Shown: positions 13,383-27,449, counted from the first letter of the stretch. The stretch is 64,000 nucleotides of DNA from Eledone cirrhosa (GCA_964016885.1 OZ024740.1:337714001-337778000); one strand, 5' to 3'. The notes: a model not told the origin generated them from the letters alone. Translations and numbers: made by a program.

Positions 13383-13785
13383 CCCTTTAGCATTTAAGCC
13401 AGCTGTATCCGGCCAGAATTCTCTCACTTCTTTCTGTTTAAACCAGCCTTAACTGGCCACTCATAGTGATGTTAAATTATTCTTCTCAAAATAAACAGTA
13501 TCTCATAGATTCGATATTATGTGAGGTAAAGTCTTTACCGTGAAAATATAATTGTTTCTAGTTTAGGCACAAGGCCAGCAAATACCCAGTTCATTACTGG
13601 TATTTTATTTTATCGACCCCGTAAGGATGAAAGGCAAAGTCAACCTCGGCGGGATTTGAACTCAGATCGTAAAGGGACGTAACTATGCTGGAAAGCATGG
13701 CATCCGACCCTCTACTGATACTGCCAATCCACCGCCTACCGTGAAAATATAATAGTACATATAGAGTAATGTGAATGCTAAAGGG
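13383..13785. mobile_element. TTAA (piggyBac-like) MITE interrupted by a SINE
   Basis: TIR ccctttagcatt..aatgctaaaggg preceded by ttaa; homologous to 15371-15591 and 17887-18095. Confidence 0.75.
13553..13736 (-). mobile_element. SINE family A with a 17-bp TSD
   Basis: TSD taccgtgaaaatataat at 13536 and 13737; A and B boxes on the minus strand. Confidence 0.9.
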
Positions 13786-14501
13786 TTACAACATTCAGTT
13801 TTGTGCTATAAAACCAGTTTGGGTCAGGTTGGTATTAAAAGGGTTTAATAGATCCAAACAGTTTATAGACTTACATCCAATGTTATTAAGCCATATACAC
13901 AACTAATGAAATTCCGTATTAATAACATTCAAAGTTTGTTTCCATTATGGCATTAATTTTTTCCAAAATTTCGATGGGCCTACACTTTTTTTTAAATTTT
14001 GGTTTATTGAAATCAATCCAAAATTTCTGAGCTATTTCAATTACCTGACTATCAGTGTCAATTTGTTTCTTAATGTCACCTTGATAATCTAGTGAAAGAT
14101 TTTATTTTATTTTTCAAAGCAGTTTATACAAAAACAATATACACTATTAAAGGGGACAAAATAGGGGAAATGAATAGAGTCGATATTATGTGATATAATT
14201 ATGTAAGATAAAGCCTTTACCATAAAAATACTATAGTATATATAGAGTAATGTAAATGCATTGCAACCAAACCTCTATCATAGCTTGGTCTTTGAGTGAA
14301 AGTTTGTTATTATTTAGTAACAGCATTGTCATGTCTTACAATGTTTATCCAAATGCAGTTGTAGTCCCATGTGATCCTTTACATTGAGAAGTGTTATCCA
14401 ACTGAATAGTCAGAGACTATTACATTGAAATAGTAGTCACTTTCAATGGATCAAATGACCTGCTGATATGTAAATGGCATGCAATAATATTAGCATAATA
14501 A

Positions 14502-14706
14502 TGGTTTCTTATATATGCACATGGCCAATAATTTTGAGGGAAGGGAAAATTGATTAAATTGACCCTAATGCATTATTTTATCGACCTCGTAAGGATGAAA
14601 GGCAAAGCTAACCTCGGCGAGATTTGAACTTAGAATGTAAAGGGCCATAACTATATGCTGCACAGCATGTTGTCAGACGCTCTACCAATCCTGCCAATCC
14701 ACCACC
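14502..14706 (-). mobile_element. SINE family A, diverged
   Basis: Homology to 19786-19969. Confidence 0.75.
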
Positions 14707-14826
14707 CTTCATTAATATAATAATGACATCATAATTTAATTGAAATCTTTTTCATATCTTTATCTAATAAAAGCTCTTGCTTCTCAGTAAGCCAATATAT
14801 TGCAATTTTGTACTGTTTGTACTCAT

Positions 14827-15001
14827 TATCGGTAGAGGGTCGGACGCCATGCTTTGATGCATTGAGTTACGGCCCTTGCCATTCTGAGTTCAAATCCCGC
14901 TGAGGTTAACTTTGCGTTTCATCCTTACGGGGTCGATAAAATAAAGTACCTGTAATACACTGGGTAATTGCTGGCCTTGTGCCAAAAGTAGAAACAATTA
15001 T
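14827..15001 (+). mobile_element. SINE family A
   Basis: gagttcaaatcccgctgagg..ggggtcgataaaataaagtacc..agtagaaacaattatt. Confidence 0.85.
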
Positions 15002-15370
15002 TATCCAAAACTGACCATCACTACTTTCCTCATATCTTATTGTATACTTTAATACTTTAGTAGCCTGTTAGTTTTAGTACAAGTTAGAAATCTGCTTATT
15101 GTAATTACTTTAGAGCAATGAACTGGCAATTAGGTACAGGCAACTGCTTACTGTGCATTTAACAGCTAACAAAGAGATAGCCATTATAATGTATCTTTAT
15201 TTCTTATTTACTGTATAACCATTAATTAGATAATAAATGCATTAGGAAAAAGATTTCTAGGCAAAAAAAAAAATCACCATAGTTGCCATTATTTGAGATT
15301 TGTATTCTAAATAGATGATGTGATTTTGATTCATTCGATATAAAAATATACAGCTCATAGATTACCTTAA

Positions 15371-15591
15371 CCCTTTAGCTTTTGCATTACTCTATATTTA
15401 TTATTTTATTTTCAGGGTAAACACTTTATTTTATATAATTATCTCAAATAATATTGAACCTACGAGATTTCGATATTATATATTTTGAGAACGAAACATT
15501 AACATCAGTATGAGTGGCAAGTTATGGCTGGTTTGAACAGAAAGAGGTGAGAGAATTCTGGACAGATACGGTCAGTTTAAATGCTAAAGGG
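15371..15591. mobile_element. TTAA (piggyBac-like) MITE
   Basis: ttaa|ccctttagc..gctaaaggg|ttaa. Confidence 0.8.
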
Positions 15592-16411
15592 TTAATCTTA
15601 ATTAAGTAGACTAATCAGACAAAGGACTCAATACATTTATCTTTAGGTGGTTTACAGAAGTACTTTTGTTTTGAATATAAATTAACTTATATTCTCTTCA
15701 GAAACACCTAAAATAAATCTAGTCTTGCTCTAAAATAAATCTAAAGGTTTAACTCCCAGAAAGAACATATTGATCTAACAACTGAAAGATTAAGCTTAAA
15801 TCTAGTTATTTCTTTTAGCTTTTCATTACAGTTAGAATCCCACTTGGTTTCTCAGCCAAATTTTATATATAAATCTACATCTCTAGATGACGTAAGTTGT
15901 TAAATGCAAGTGTCTTTTGTTGTTATGAAAACAGAAAAGGAAAGGAAAAGCAAGGGCTCTAGTGTCACAGAAAAATGGGAGAGGGAGGGTGATGTCTCTA
16001 GGCCTAGGGCGTGGCGGTGTTGGGGCTGCACCCCATAGACAAGACTGCAAAAGCATTCCCATGGACAATAGCCAGCAGCACCTGCTGCAATAGCCACTCC
16101 ACCCCGCAGGACTCCTTCCTCAGATGGCTGCTGACGTTGTTGTTGTTTTGCTTCAAGTCAACCCTGATCAAGTAGAAATCTATGACCAAAAGCATTAGAA
16201 CTATGTTTGAGGGAATCTAGAACTACACTATCTAATGTACTCTCTTCTCTAACTTAAGAAAGTATGTGTAATTTGAGGCAGATTTTGTTGCTATTTCTAG
16301 CAGGCTGAGTGGCATTCACCAGTTGTTAAAATTATATGAATGCTGTGAGCTGAAGATATAAACTAGAAGGAGAGGGAGGGAGAGAGGATTTATATATATA
16401 TATATATATAT

Positions 16412-16453
<42 letters not shown>

Positions 16454-16854
16454 GTATACCAAAAATATTGGAACATTATGAAATTTGTGCAGGAATAAAA
16501 GGTTTTTAATGTTGATGACATTATTTAGCCACAGGTCAGCTATGACAAAGAGATTTATGACCAAAGACATTTTAGCCATGCCCATCTCATATTTTAGGGT
16601 TATCTAGCACCATATTATCCAGTGTGTCCTTTGCTTTTGTATGATTGTAGATTGCGATTCAAAATTGATTTGACTGCTATTACTAGCATATTGAGAGAAT
16701 GCAATGTGGCTCCTTTGATGACAAGGTATTGAAAGGTTAAATCAACAAAGGTGAATGTTGTTTAAAGAATGGTAAGTGGTGGAGGAAGTAGATAATATTT
16801 TCAAAGTGTGGGAGTAAATGGTAGAGAGTATGTGTGTAATAATTTACCCACACA

Positions 16855-17090
16855 CATCATCACCATTTTCCATGTTAGCATGGGTTAGACGTGCTGCCTC
16901 GTTGTGAGACATCCAGGTCAAAGGGCAGTGTTTTGCTCACACAGAACTGATTTTGGTTTCGTTTCTATGGTTGGATGTCCTTCCTAATGCCAACCACATT
17001 TACAGCGTGGACTGGGTGCTTTTTATTGTGACTCCTACATGACTGCTTTACAGTATGGACTGGATGCTTTTTATCATGATACCTACATGA
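16855..17090 (-). mobile_element. Decayed RTE 3'-UTR-derived repeat
   Basis: catcatcaccattttccatgttagcatgggttagacg..ggatgtccttcctaatgccaacc homologous to 21043-21230. Confidence 0.65.
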
Positions 17091-17886
17091 GTGTATATGT
17101 ATTTGAATGTACTGGAATGTGTGTTTATGTGTCATATAGCACTTGTTTTAAGTAGTGTGAAGTAGACTCACTTTTTGTCTCAAATTATGCATCAGATAAT
17201 ATAAGAGTGTTTCTATGATTTGTTAATTGTAACTTTATTTTTTTGAAAATTTTGCAACCCTTACCATTGAAAATGACGTTAAGTGATTGACAAGCTAGAA
17301 GAAAGTGTGTGAACTTAAATGTGGTTTAGAAATTACAGCTAATTGGTAAATTAGACAAGACGTTTTAGTAGCACATATTTGTAAAATTTATGGCATAAAA
17401 ATAAAACAGTTTCTGATATATACAAATTAAAGGACAAATTGCAAATTTTCTTTTTAAACCTGGCTCTAAAATGTAAAACATACAAAAGTTGGGCAAAAAT
17501 GAATGTTGTGTATAAGTGATACATTCAATAAAGAGCTTGTGGTGTAAATTTATGAAGTCTTGAGTTAACATATGCATATGAAAGTCTAGGAAAACATAGA
17601 ACTTAATGTTAAGGTAAGTGATAAATGGCTGTGAATGACAATACATTCAAAAAATTTACAAATAAGCTTGTTGGATCTAAGCACTTTATTTAGTATTACA
17701 GGTTTACAAAGCCGGCTTGTTTTTAATATGATATATCTGTAAATAAATTGGTTTACAATCATGAACACATTATGTCATTCTGCAAGTTAAATAAGGTGAA
17801 TTTTTGCCTTATGATATGCAAATGCTGATGGCTTGCATCACTTGAAACCCATGCGGGTAGGATATTAATGAAACTATCACCCTCGA

Positions 17887-18095
17887 CCCTTTAGCATTTA
17901 AACCAGCCATATCCAGCCAGAATTCTCTCACCCCTTTCTGTTCAACCTAGCTGTAACTACCTGTTAAGGTATTGTTCTCAAAATAAATAATATCAAAATC
18001 TCGTAGATTTGATATTATGTGAGATATTTATGTGAAGTAAAGCTTTTACCACAAAAATACAATAGTAAATATTGAGTAATGTAAATGCAAAAAGG
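17887..18095. mobile_element. TTAA MITE, diverged
   Basis: ccctttagcatttaaaccagc..aatgcaaaaaggttaa. Confidence 0.7.
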
Positions 18096-18927
18096 TTAAA
18101 GACATTATGAATTTGTACTATATAATAATTGCCTTTTATAAACACCAGCTCAAAGAATGTGTGAATTGCTTTAGAGATTGTTTTCAGACTACACTTTAAA
18201 CAATTTTGTCATTTTGTCACTGATGTGAAACACTTCAAACAGATGTTTTCAAGAGTTTTCCCATTCAACAATGTAAAGATATTGTTGTTTTTTGACATCA
18301 CCTAAATGCTGAGAAGTTAGTAACACCCTCTGTTACCATCTAAACTATAATAAAGAAAGGAGTGCGGGACTGCATCCAGAAGAATTTTTTTTACCCCATT
18401 TGTAAAATAAGTTGGATTACTTTGAATAAATAATGAATGAATATTACATAATTTATCTACTAAATTTCGTGGCTGTTGATTAAATATATTTTATAGCTTA
18501 TTTAAAGATTCACTTCTTTAAAATTGTCAAATGTCCACTTCCGGTTAGTGGCCGTTATATTATAACACTTATAATCACATATATTTCCGTCGCTAATTTT
18601 CTCTTAATGCAGTTTATATATAATATTGTTTTTTTTTAAATGTATCATGGATTACGCTACTGATTACATAAGACAGTGTAACACAGTCTTCGTTCAATTT
18701 CTGTGGATATTGTCAATTACGATTTTATTTATATGCATATATATTTGTGTATAATATCAATATACACACCACACATGCTAGCAGAAAACACCCCGTGGGC
18801 TGGTTTTTCTGCTAGTATATCTAATGGAAGACACTATCTATAATTTTTATGTAATTTAAAAAATAATGAAGTATGTGAGAGGAATTTAGTAATGCAAATA
18901 ACGTTTTCATTATTATGTTGGTACGAA

Positions 18928-19076
18928 TTGGCAGTAATGGTACACAGTTGGATGCCATGCTTTCCAGCATAGTTACCCCCTTTACGTTCTGAGTTCAAAT
19001 CTTACGGGGTCGATAAAATATAGTACCAGTAATGTACTGGGTAATTGCTGGCCCTGTGCCAAAAGTAGAAACAATT
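18928..19076 (+). mobile_element. SINE family A with an internal deletion
   Basis: gagttcaaat joined directly to cttacggggtcgat. Confidence 0.75.
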
Positions 19077-19334
19077 ATTTTATAGTTGGTACATAACTTA
19101 ACAAAGGTTTTAACATAAAATTACGATAGAAGATTTTTAGATAAATATAAACATGTTTAGCAGAAACAATGTTGTATCGTAGAACCAAGGACAGTTTCAG
19201 GTAGTTTAGTACCAAAAGAGTTAATAGGGATGGCAAAATCAAATGGTTTTTACCTCCTGAGTCAATCAACTGGAAATAATAGTGATTTTCAAAAGGCTGG
19301 ACAAGAAGAAATTATGGAAGAAGTAATGGTTATC

Positions 19335-19685
19335 TCCATGTGTCTAACACACGTGGACATGCCTACAAAATCAGAAAACAGCACAGCTCCCTTGACTTTC
19401 GTAAACATTTTTTCACGCTCAGAGTTGCTGAAGCATGGAACAAACTGCCTGCGTCAGTTGTTAGCTGCTGAGACACTGCATCCTTTAAAACCCTCATGCT
19501 TCCCGAAATACTCCAAAACTACACCTGATGTACCCCTTCCACACACATGCACACATGTGTATATCATGACTCATGCACTGTTCATTTTCCTGACGTTTGT
19601 ACATTACCCTATCTACTATACATACACTTTTTGATGAGTTGTAGTGCAACTGAGCACTGTACACAATATTTCATTATTATTATTA
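19335..19685 (+). mobile_element. CR1-type LINE 3' end
   Basis: Reads TRGHAYKIRKQH..FRKHFFTLRVAEAWNKLPASVV..FK (CR1 ORF2 C-terminus); 3' UTR ends in (ATT)n; 3' end repeated at ~28010-28168 and ~28787-28885. Confidence 0.8.
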
Positions 19686-19785
19686 TATTGAAGGATGAAG
19701 AATGCATAGAAGAAGAGATAAGAGAGAACAGGGCACTTCAGAATCTAGGATCCTATAACATTAAGTTTCTATTATTTAACTATAG

Positions 19786-19969
19786 GGCGGTGGATTGGCA
19801 GTATCGGTAGAGAGTCGGACGCTGTGCTTTCCGGCATAGTTACGTCCCTTTACGGTCTGAGTTCAAATCCCGCCGAGGTTAACTTTGCCTTTCATCCTTA
19901 CGGGGTCGATAAAATAAAGTACCAGTAATGCACTGGGTAATTGCTGGCCTCGTGCCAAAAGTAGAAACA
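19786..19969 (+). mobile_element. SINE family A, full length (tRNA-like head, Meta-like central domain)
   Basis: A-box tggcagtatcgg, B-box gagttcaaatcc, 15-bp TSD attatttaactatag at 19771 and 19970. Confidence 0.9.
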
Positions 19970-20513
19970 ATTATTTAACTATAGTTGCTTAAGATGTGAT
20001 GAAAACTGAGAGTTTAGTAAACAGTTGGAAGAAGTTGTATAGCATTAAACTGGATATTGATTTCGAAGGAATTGAGATAAATTTACCTTCTGCACACATG
20101 ATCATAATTAAGAAACAATGTTAAAAGTTAGAAGCTTTCTTTACAGACTGCCACTCTCATTTCAACTCAAACAGTTTCCATATCACACAATTGTTTACAA
20201 GCACAGAAATAACATCAGTACTTCCATTTCTGCACATTTCAGAAAAATCTGAAGTTGTGAATTCTTCTTCATCACCATTAAACAAACCACTATGGTCATT
20301 AAAAGTTATTACCACTATGGTTATTAAAAGTTATAACCACTATGGTTATTAAAAGTTATGTATTCTCTATTATAATTTAACAATTATATAATATGCAATA
20401 TTGTATTAAAGCATTTTATAAAATTAATATCATTTAAAAAAATGGCCCATAAGTTAATTTTGATTTAACAGATTTTCAACATTCCCCTTGTTAGTCCATT
20501 AATTCAAAGGTTC

Positions 20514-20562
<49 letters not shown>

Positions 20563-20569
20563 TTTTCTT

Positions 20570-21041
20570 TCCTAGTTTGTAGGAAAGAAAATAAGGCACC
20601 GGTCCCAAATGTCACAAATGCAAAGTATGGGTGCATAAAAGATGTAGTGGGATCACAGGTAAGCTAACTAAGAACATAGATTTTACATGTGGCCGGTGCT
20701 CTGGTGCAATAAGTAGCAGCAAGTGCTCAAAAAATACTAGCTCTTTCAATTGCGCAGAGGGTTCTACAGAAATAGTGGACAGCTTCCGTTACCTGGGTGA
20801 CAAAATCAGCAGTGGGGGAGGGTGCTCTGAAAGTACAGTAGCTAGAGTCAGAACTGGATGGAAAAAGTTCAGAGAGCTTATACCACTATTAGCCGCTAAA
20901 GGGTTCTCCCTAAAAATGAAAGGCAGGCTGTATGATGCCTGCATACGAACAGCAATGTTGCATGGCAGTGAGACCTGGGCATTGTGTGCAGAGGATATAC
21001 GCAGACTAGAGAGGAACGAAGCTTGCATGCTCTGCTGGATG
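20570..21041 (+). mobile_element. Older RTE subfamily, 5'-truncated, left part
   Basis: WVHKRCSG..FTCGRC..VDSFRYLG..LERNEACMLCWM, then continues at ~25013. Confidence 0.85.
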
Positions 21042-24000
21042 TCATCATCATCATCATCACCGTTTTACGTCCGTTCTTCCATGCTAGCATGGGTTAGACG
21101 GGTTGTCCTGTTGTGGGCAGTGTCTGGTCGGCTGACCATGCCTTGCTCATACAGGAACTGATTTGGCTTGATTTTTACAGCTGGATGCCCTTCCTAACAC
21201 CAACCTCATTTACAGTGAGTGCTGGGTGCTTTTTTCCGTGGCGCCTACACGTCTGCTTTACAGTGTGGGCTGGGTGCTTTTTTTGCCGTGGTACCTCCAC
21301 GACCACCTTGCGGTGGGGGGTGTGGGGGCATATTGTCTATATGCTTCAGCTTGTACCCATGGGAGGTCAGGTACTCTGTATTACTGCGTGACGCCAGAAG
21401 TCACGGTCGTGTGTCATTACCTTTGAGAGGTGTAATTGGGTAAGGTCAGCTTTTATCACCTAATCCCAGGTCATCTTGGGTCTCCTCACTCCGCGGTTTC
21501 CATCAACTTCTAGTGCTCTGCACCTTTTTATGCAGCTGTCATCCTTCATACGTATCACATGTCCATACCAGCGCAACCGCCTCTCCTGCACACAGCATTT
21601 GATTCCTCTTATGCTCAGTCTCTCTCTCAATTCATTTATGCTTTGTCGTTCACGTATATTACTGTTACACATCCATCGGAGCATGCAGGCTTCGTTTCTC
21701 TCTAATCTATGTAAGTCTTCCACCTTCAGCGCCCAGGTCTCACTACCATGCAACATTGCTGTTCGGATACACGCATCATACAGTCTGCCTTTCATTCTGA
21801 GGGAGAAGCCTTTTGCAGCTAGCAGTGGTAGTAGTTCCCTAAATTTCTTCCATCCCGTTCTTACCCTAGTTATTGTACTTTCTGAACACCCACCTCCGCT
21901 GCTAATTCGGTCACCTAGGTAGCAGAAGCTGTCTACTGTTTCTACAGAGCCCTCCCAGAGATTGGTGGTACTTGTTTCCTGTGGCTGTTTGCTGCTTGCT
22001 GTCTCAGCACAGCTGCTGCATGTGAAGCCTACATTCTTAATTAAGCTTCCTGAGATCCCGCTACATCTCTTGTGTACCCATTGTTTGCATTTGGGGCAGA
22101 GAATGGAGTTCCTACCTATACCTTTCCTACATACTGAGCAAGGCCATTTCCCTGAGGGGATCTGGGTTCTGTTTTCTCGTCTACTTACAAGGACCTTAGT
22201 CTTTGTCATGTTGACTTTGAGACCCTTTCTTTCTAGTCCCTGCTTCCAAGTTTGGAATTTCTTCTCTAGTTCTACCATAGATTCAGCTATGAGTGTGAGG
22301 TCATCAGCATACAGGAATTCCCATGGGCATCCGGTCTTAAACTCCTCCGTTATTTCCTGCAGGACTATGATGAACAGGAGAGGGCTAAGAACAGAGCCCT
22401 GGTGGACCCCAACCTGTACGCTAAATTCCTCGCTATACTCATTGCTAATCCTAACTTTGCTGACTGCTCCCCTATACATGGCTTGTACCGCTTTCACAAG
22501 CCATTCATCTACTCCTAGTTTTCTAAGAGCCCACCAGATTACAGCACGTGGAACTCTGTCAAAGGCTTTCTCAAGGTCGACAAATGTGGAGTGGCTTACA
22601 TTTAGCTAGGTACTTTTCCTGTAACTGCCTGACAAGGAAGAGGGCATCAGTGGTGCCTCTTCCTGGTACAAACCCAAATTGCATCTCGTCTATTTTCAAC
22701 CGGTCCCTAATCAGCTGCGCTATAACTCTTTCTGTTACTTTAATGACCTGGTCCATCAACTTTATACCTCTATAGTTTCCTCTATCTAGTGCATCGCCTT
22801 TACCTTTGTAGCAGTTGACAATGATGCTACTGCACCAATCTTTTGGTATGACACCTAGTATTACCTGGTTAACAATACGTGTGGTTATAGTGTGACCTAC
22901 AGACCCAGATGCCTTCAGCATCTCGGCAGCTATACCCGATGGACCGGCTGCCTCCCCCATCTTCATACCTTTGATTACCTTACTTACTACGCTTATGCTG
23001 ACTTGTACTGCTGGTCCCTCTATAGGGTCTACTTGGGGTAGGGTCTCTTCTTCCCATGCATTCTCCTCATTTAGTAATCTATCATAATGACTCTTCCATG
23101 TATTTTTCTTCTCAGCACTTGTGAGGGCAAGCTCACCTTTATCATTCCGGATACACTTCTCTCCAATGACATCGCAACTATCTCTGACACACTGCCTCGC
23201 AATCTTGAATACCTCCTGTTTCTGGTCCTCACGTTGCAAAACATGCTCGAATTTTCTATCCTTTGCTTCCCTCCTAGCTAAGTATACTTGTCGCCTAGCT
23301 TCCCTCTTGGTCTCTATGTAATGTACCCTGCTCCCCCCGTTCTTCCATTCTTTCCATGCCTGTCTCTTGGCCTTAACTGCTTCATCTACCTTATTGTTCC
23401 ACCACCAAGTCACTCTCCTCCTGCCTGTCGTCTTACTCCAGCCACAGACCTCATCCGTCGCCTCTAGTAAATTATTTTTTAGGAACTCCCAGTGCTCTTC
23501 TACATTAAATGTCTATATCTGTTCTTCTTTACTGTCGTAGGCGTTGAGTAAAATATCTTTAAATCTGTTACTGGTTGAGGGGACTTTCAGCTTCCAGATC
23601 TTTCTTCTCCAGGTTGGCCTCTGTTTCCGGGTTCGTCTGGTTCTGACCGTGAGGTCGCTGACATCTAAGCTATGTTGGGATGTACATTCCTCACTAGGGA
23701 AGGCTTTTGTGTTTACGACCGTCCATCTGTCACGTCCTCTGATGAGGATAAAATCTAACTGACTAGAGTGCTCCCCTGATCTATAGGTGATCAGGTGGTT
23801 GTCGGGTTTTTTAAAGTTTGTGTTATATATCGACATGTCATTGGCGTCGCAGAATTCTAGAAGTCTCAATCCACCCTCATTCCTTGTGCCAACCCCATGG
23901 CCTCCATGTACTCTATTGAAGCCGTCGCAGTGTTTACCTACGTATCCGTTAAAATCTCCTGCGATGATTAGGAAGTCATTGTCGTCTGTTAGAGCAGTAG

Positions 24001-24965
24001 TGTGCATTAGGGACTCGTAAAACCTATCCTTAAGTTCGTCTGGCAGCCCCGATTGGGGTGCGTAAGCTGATATTATTGTGGTAATTGTTTCGTTCAGGAC
24101 TAGTCTGAGTTTAATGATTCTTGCATTTACCCTGTACACTGAGATTACTTTATCTACCCACTTGTCAGCTAGTAGTATACCTACACCACCCATCCCATCG
24201 TCATTTCCCAACCAGAAAAATTTGTAGCACCAACTTTTTCCTACGAGGACTCTGGCAGACTCTCCTCTCCATCTAGTCTCTTGCACACAACATACATCAA
24301 TTTCCTTTCGCTCTAGCATTTCTACGATTTCTCCTGCTCTTCCTTTCATTGAGCCTACATTGATGGTACCAACTCGGAGTTTTGGGCATTTGTCGACACT
24401 CGTAGGGAAGGGTCTCTGGGTTGGCGCTTCACGTGGGTGCTTGGTAGCTCGCAGATTCATATTTCATCTATTGATTCAGAGTTGCTCAAATTTATTCTCA
24501 GCTCATCCATCCATAACGGTGGGAAAATTGAGGGCTAGAAGAACAGTGGTGGTGGGATAATGGCAGGGTGTGTTGGGCTGCGACAGAGTTAGTTAGGTAG
24601 TAGTAGTAGTAGTAGTAGTCGTAGTAGCAGCAGCAGCCGTAGAAATGGCATGTGGGGTTTCATTGGTCGAATAGGCTATAGCGGTGTGAGGGGGTGGGAG
24701 GGAGAGAAATTGTGATGTAGGCAATGAGGGTCGCCTTCAAGACCGCATGGTAAATCCGAAATAATAATAATAGAAAAACAGGGTAAATCCGAAATAATAC
24801 AGCAGAAAACATCAGTTATATTAATAATAATAATGTCATAACAGCTAAGATACCTTCTAAAATTTGTATGGATGGGTGGCTGGAACGAAACCGAATCAAC
24901 TCGAGTGACACATTTTAGCAGATAAGGAGAAAGTGTCTTATCTCTTCAATAGCGTCAAGACGAGT
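21042..24965 (-). mobile_element. Near full-length RTE LINE, ORF broken by stops and a frameshift
   Basis: ORF pieces 23513-24460 (APE), 22571-23413 and 21460-22497 (RT, YADD) nearly identical to 41700-44819; (GAT)n tail at 21042. Confidence 0.95.
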
Positions 24966-25035
24966 CTTGGATGTGTAATAGTAATATACTTGGATGTGTA
25001 ATAGTAATATACTTGGATGTGTAATAGTAATATAC
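24966..25035 (+). repeat. 3 x 23-bp tandem repeat of target DNA at the RTE 5' junction
   Basis: cttggatgtgtaatagtaatata three times. Confidence 0.9.
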
Positions 25036-25691
25036 GTGAACGGCAAAGCATAAACGAACTAAGGGAAAAATTAGAAATAAGAGGGATCAGATGTTGTTTA
25101 CTCAAGAGAAGGCTACGTTGGTATGGTCACGTGATGCGCATGAAAGACGACAGCTGTATAAAAAAGTGCAGGGCGATAAAGATAGACGGTAGCCACGTAG
25201 TAGGCAGACCCAGAAAAACCTGGGATGACCTGATAAATTCTGACCTCACACACTTACACCTCTCCAAGACAATGTCACTGGACCGAGTAATAGAGAAGAT
25301 CCGCCTTACCTAAATACAAAGTAAAACCTACTACAGTCAGTAGGCATCTCTAACAAAATACACCCCCACCCCATCCCATCCACACCGCCCCTTTCAATCT
25401 AAAGTTATGTTGGTGCCACAACATCCAGGCCGAAACAAATGAGATCGTGTAGGTGTCACGACAAAAAAACACACAGTCCACGCTGTAATGTGGCCGTGTA
25501 GGCAACACGGTAAAAACCTCCCAGCCCCACACTGTAAATGTGGTTGGTGTTAGGAAGGGCATCCAGCTGTAGAAAACCCACCAGACAGTCCTATGCGAGC
25601 AAGACAACCACTCTTGCCTCAAGTGGGAAAACTCCCGTCCAAACCCATGCAAGCGTGGAACATGGACGTTAAACGATGATGATGATGATGA
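25013..25691 (+). mobile_element. Older RTE subfamily, right part, with 3' UTR and (GAT)n tail
   Basis: WMCNSNIRERQ..RRLRWYGHVMR..GRPRKTW. Confidence 0.88.
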
Positions 25692-25699
25692 TATATATA

Positions 25700-25955
25700 T
25701 ATATAATAAATGTAATCTGAGTTTTTTTAATATTAATAATAATATTCGATTCGCTTGCCTCTTTTATAAGCCATGTCAGTAGAATGATCCCCTCATTCTC
25801 ACTCTCGTGTTGGCATGCAAACAGAACTGCAGAGACTAATGTTTCTGGGTGATTTCCCTTCATCAGTGCAGTTTACTGCTTACTTACCAACTGTCAGAGC
25901 TAGTGAAAATATATGATATTTTCTGAAATATACAGTGACTGATCGGCCTGATTTG

Positions 25956-26002
<47 letters not shown>

Positions 26003-26300
26003 GCGTGCGTCTGTTTGTGTGTGTGTTGTGGTTGTCTGCTCCTTGCAGAGCTTGACCTCTTCTTGTAACTATAATTGCTTTTTCCTAAAGTGAGATCTTA
26101 TATAACTTTGAGCCCTGAAAAGTGTTTGAAGAGCTGACTGCAAATACTGCATCAATGTTCCATTTCAACATCGGTTCCATTTTCCATTTGTTTATTACGA
26201 ATGTTCAAGTGCTACTTCAATCCTGCATGTGGCTTGAAACTGGTCATCCAGAATGAAAGTCCAATAATTCCTGTGTGCCATGCCTGCATGTGTGCGCAGG
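25700..26300 (-). mobile_element. Highly decayed PLE 3' end with an HHR-like motif at 25825-25873
   Basis: Minus strand: aactgca CTGATGA aggg-aaatca-ccca GAAA cattagtctc tgcagtt; weak GIY-YIG-like remnants upstream. Confidence 0.5.
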
Positions 26301-27449
26301 TGCAATCTCAGACCAGCATGAGGTATGCATACTTTTGTGTATAAAGAACATTTAAAGACAGAATGAAAATCACTCCCAATGCTATTGCTATTAATCTCAT
26401 CATCATCATCATCATCATCTTCGTTTAACGTCCATTTTCCACTTTTGTTTCAGTATGCCTAACTTTACAAAGCTCAACATTTTTAACACCGCTCCGAATC
26501 AAAGCTTCCTAATCTGCTATAAGTGATTCAAGGCATTTGTTTCATAATTTAAGACATTTCAAATTTAATTTTAAATACTCTTTGTATATTTTCTTTGGCT
26601 TACCATTTTTTCTCTTTCCTAGCATAAGCTCACCATAAAACATTTGTTTAGGAATGGGCTCATCATTCATATGGATGAGATGGCCTGTCCTTCATAGTTG
26701 ATTCCGAATAAGTATGGCTTAGATTGATGTGATCCTAGCTCAGTGAGAACCATATTATTCTGTGTATGTGGCAAGGGCATTTCAGGTGAAATCTTTCCAG
26801 CATTTTGGAGACTTCTGGTGTCCTTAGCCCGAGGGCCTCTTCCCTCCTCACACCCATCAGCAGAGAGTTGGCTACCCGCAGGTGTGAGCCTCGTGAGCTG
26901 GAATGGCTCTATCAGTGTATTTCCCCCACCATCCTCTGAGGAAATGCCTTCTCTATTCTGTCTGCTGGGGCTGAAGAGTAGCCAGCGCGTAGGCTCCCAT
27001 TTGCTCATAATAGTGAGAGATGGGGAGAGTGGGAGAGACGGACGCAGAGACAGTGGGTGTTTGGTTCCTTTGTGTTCGGACCTGGTGTATATGTATATAT
27101 TTCATGGACACACACTCACACTGAGGCACATTAATTTATGTGTAGGGTTAATTACCTTGATAGCTTATCTGTATAGCTGTCTGTCTGAACTTATATATTT
27201 ATTGTCTGTTTAGTTGAAAGTTATTTAAGTTATACAATTTCTTTTGTGGTGACATTGTCCAGTTATCCTAAGGCCCTGTACCACATTAGAAAAACATTCT
27301 ATAAAAGTTTGTCACATTAAAAATTAGTTTTTACTTTAGTTTATTGTAACTTTTCACAGCAATCTGTTCACTAGTAAAAATGACAAGTTTCCAAAGAATA
27401 CAGCAGTACAGAAAGAACACATGCAATATAAGATCATGATATATGTCTG

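Noticed and set aside
19786-19880. tRNA gene
   Set aside because: The A and B boxes belong to a multi-copy SINE head; no cloverleaf
24860-24965. HDV-like ribozyme at the RTE 5' end (agataag/cttatct and gacac/gtgtc pairings, gctaa)
   Set aside because: I could not build the P3/L3/P1.1/P4 nested double pseudoknot; needs a descriptor search
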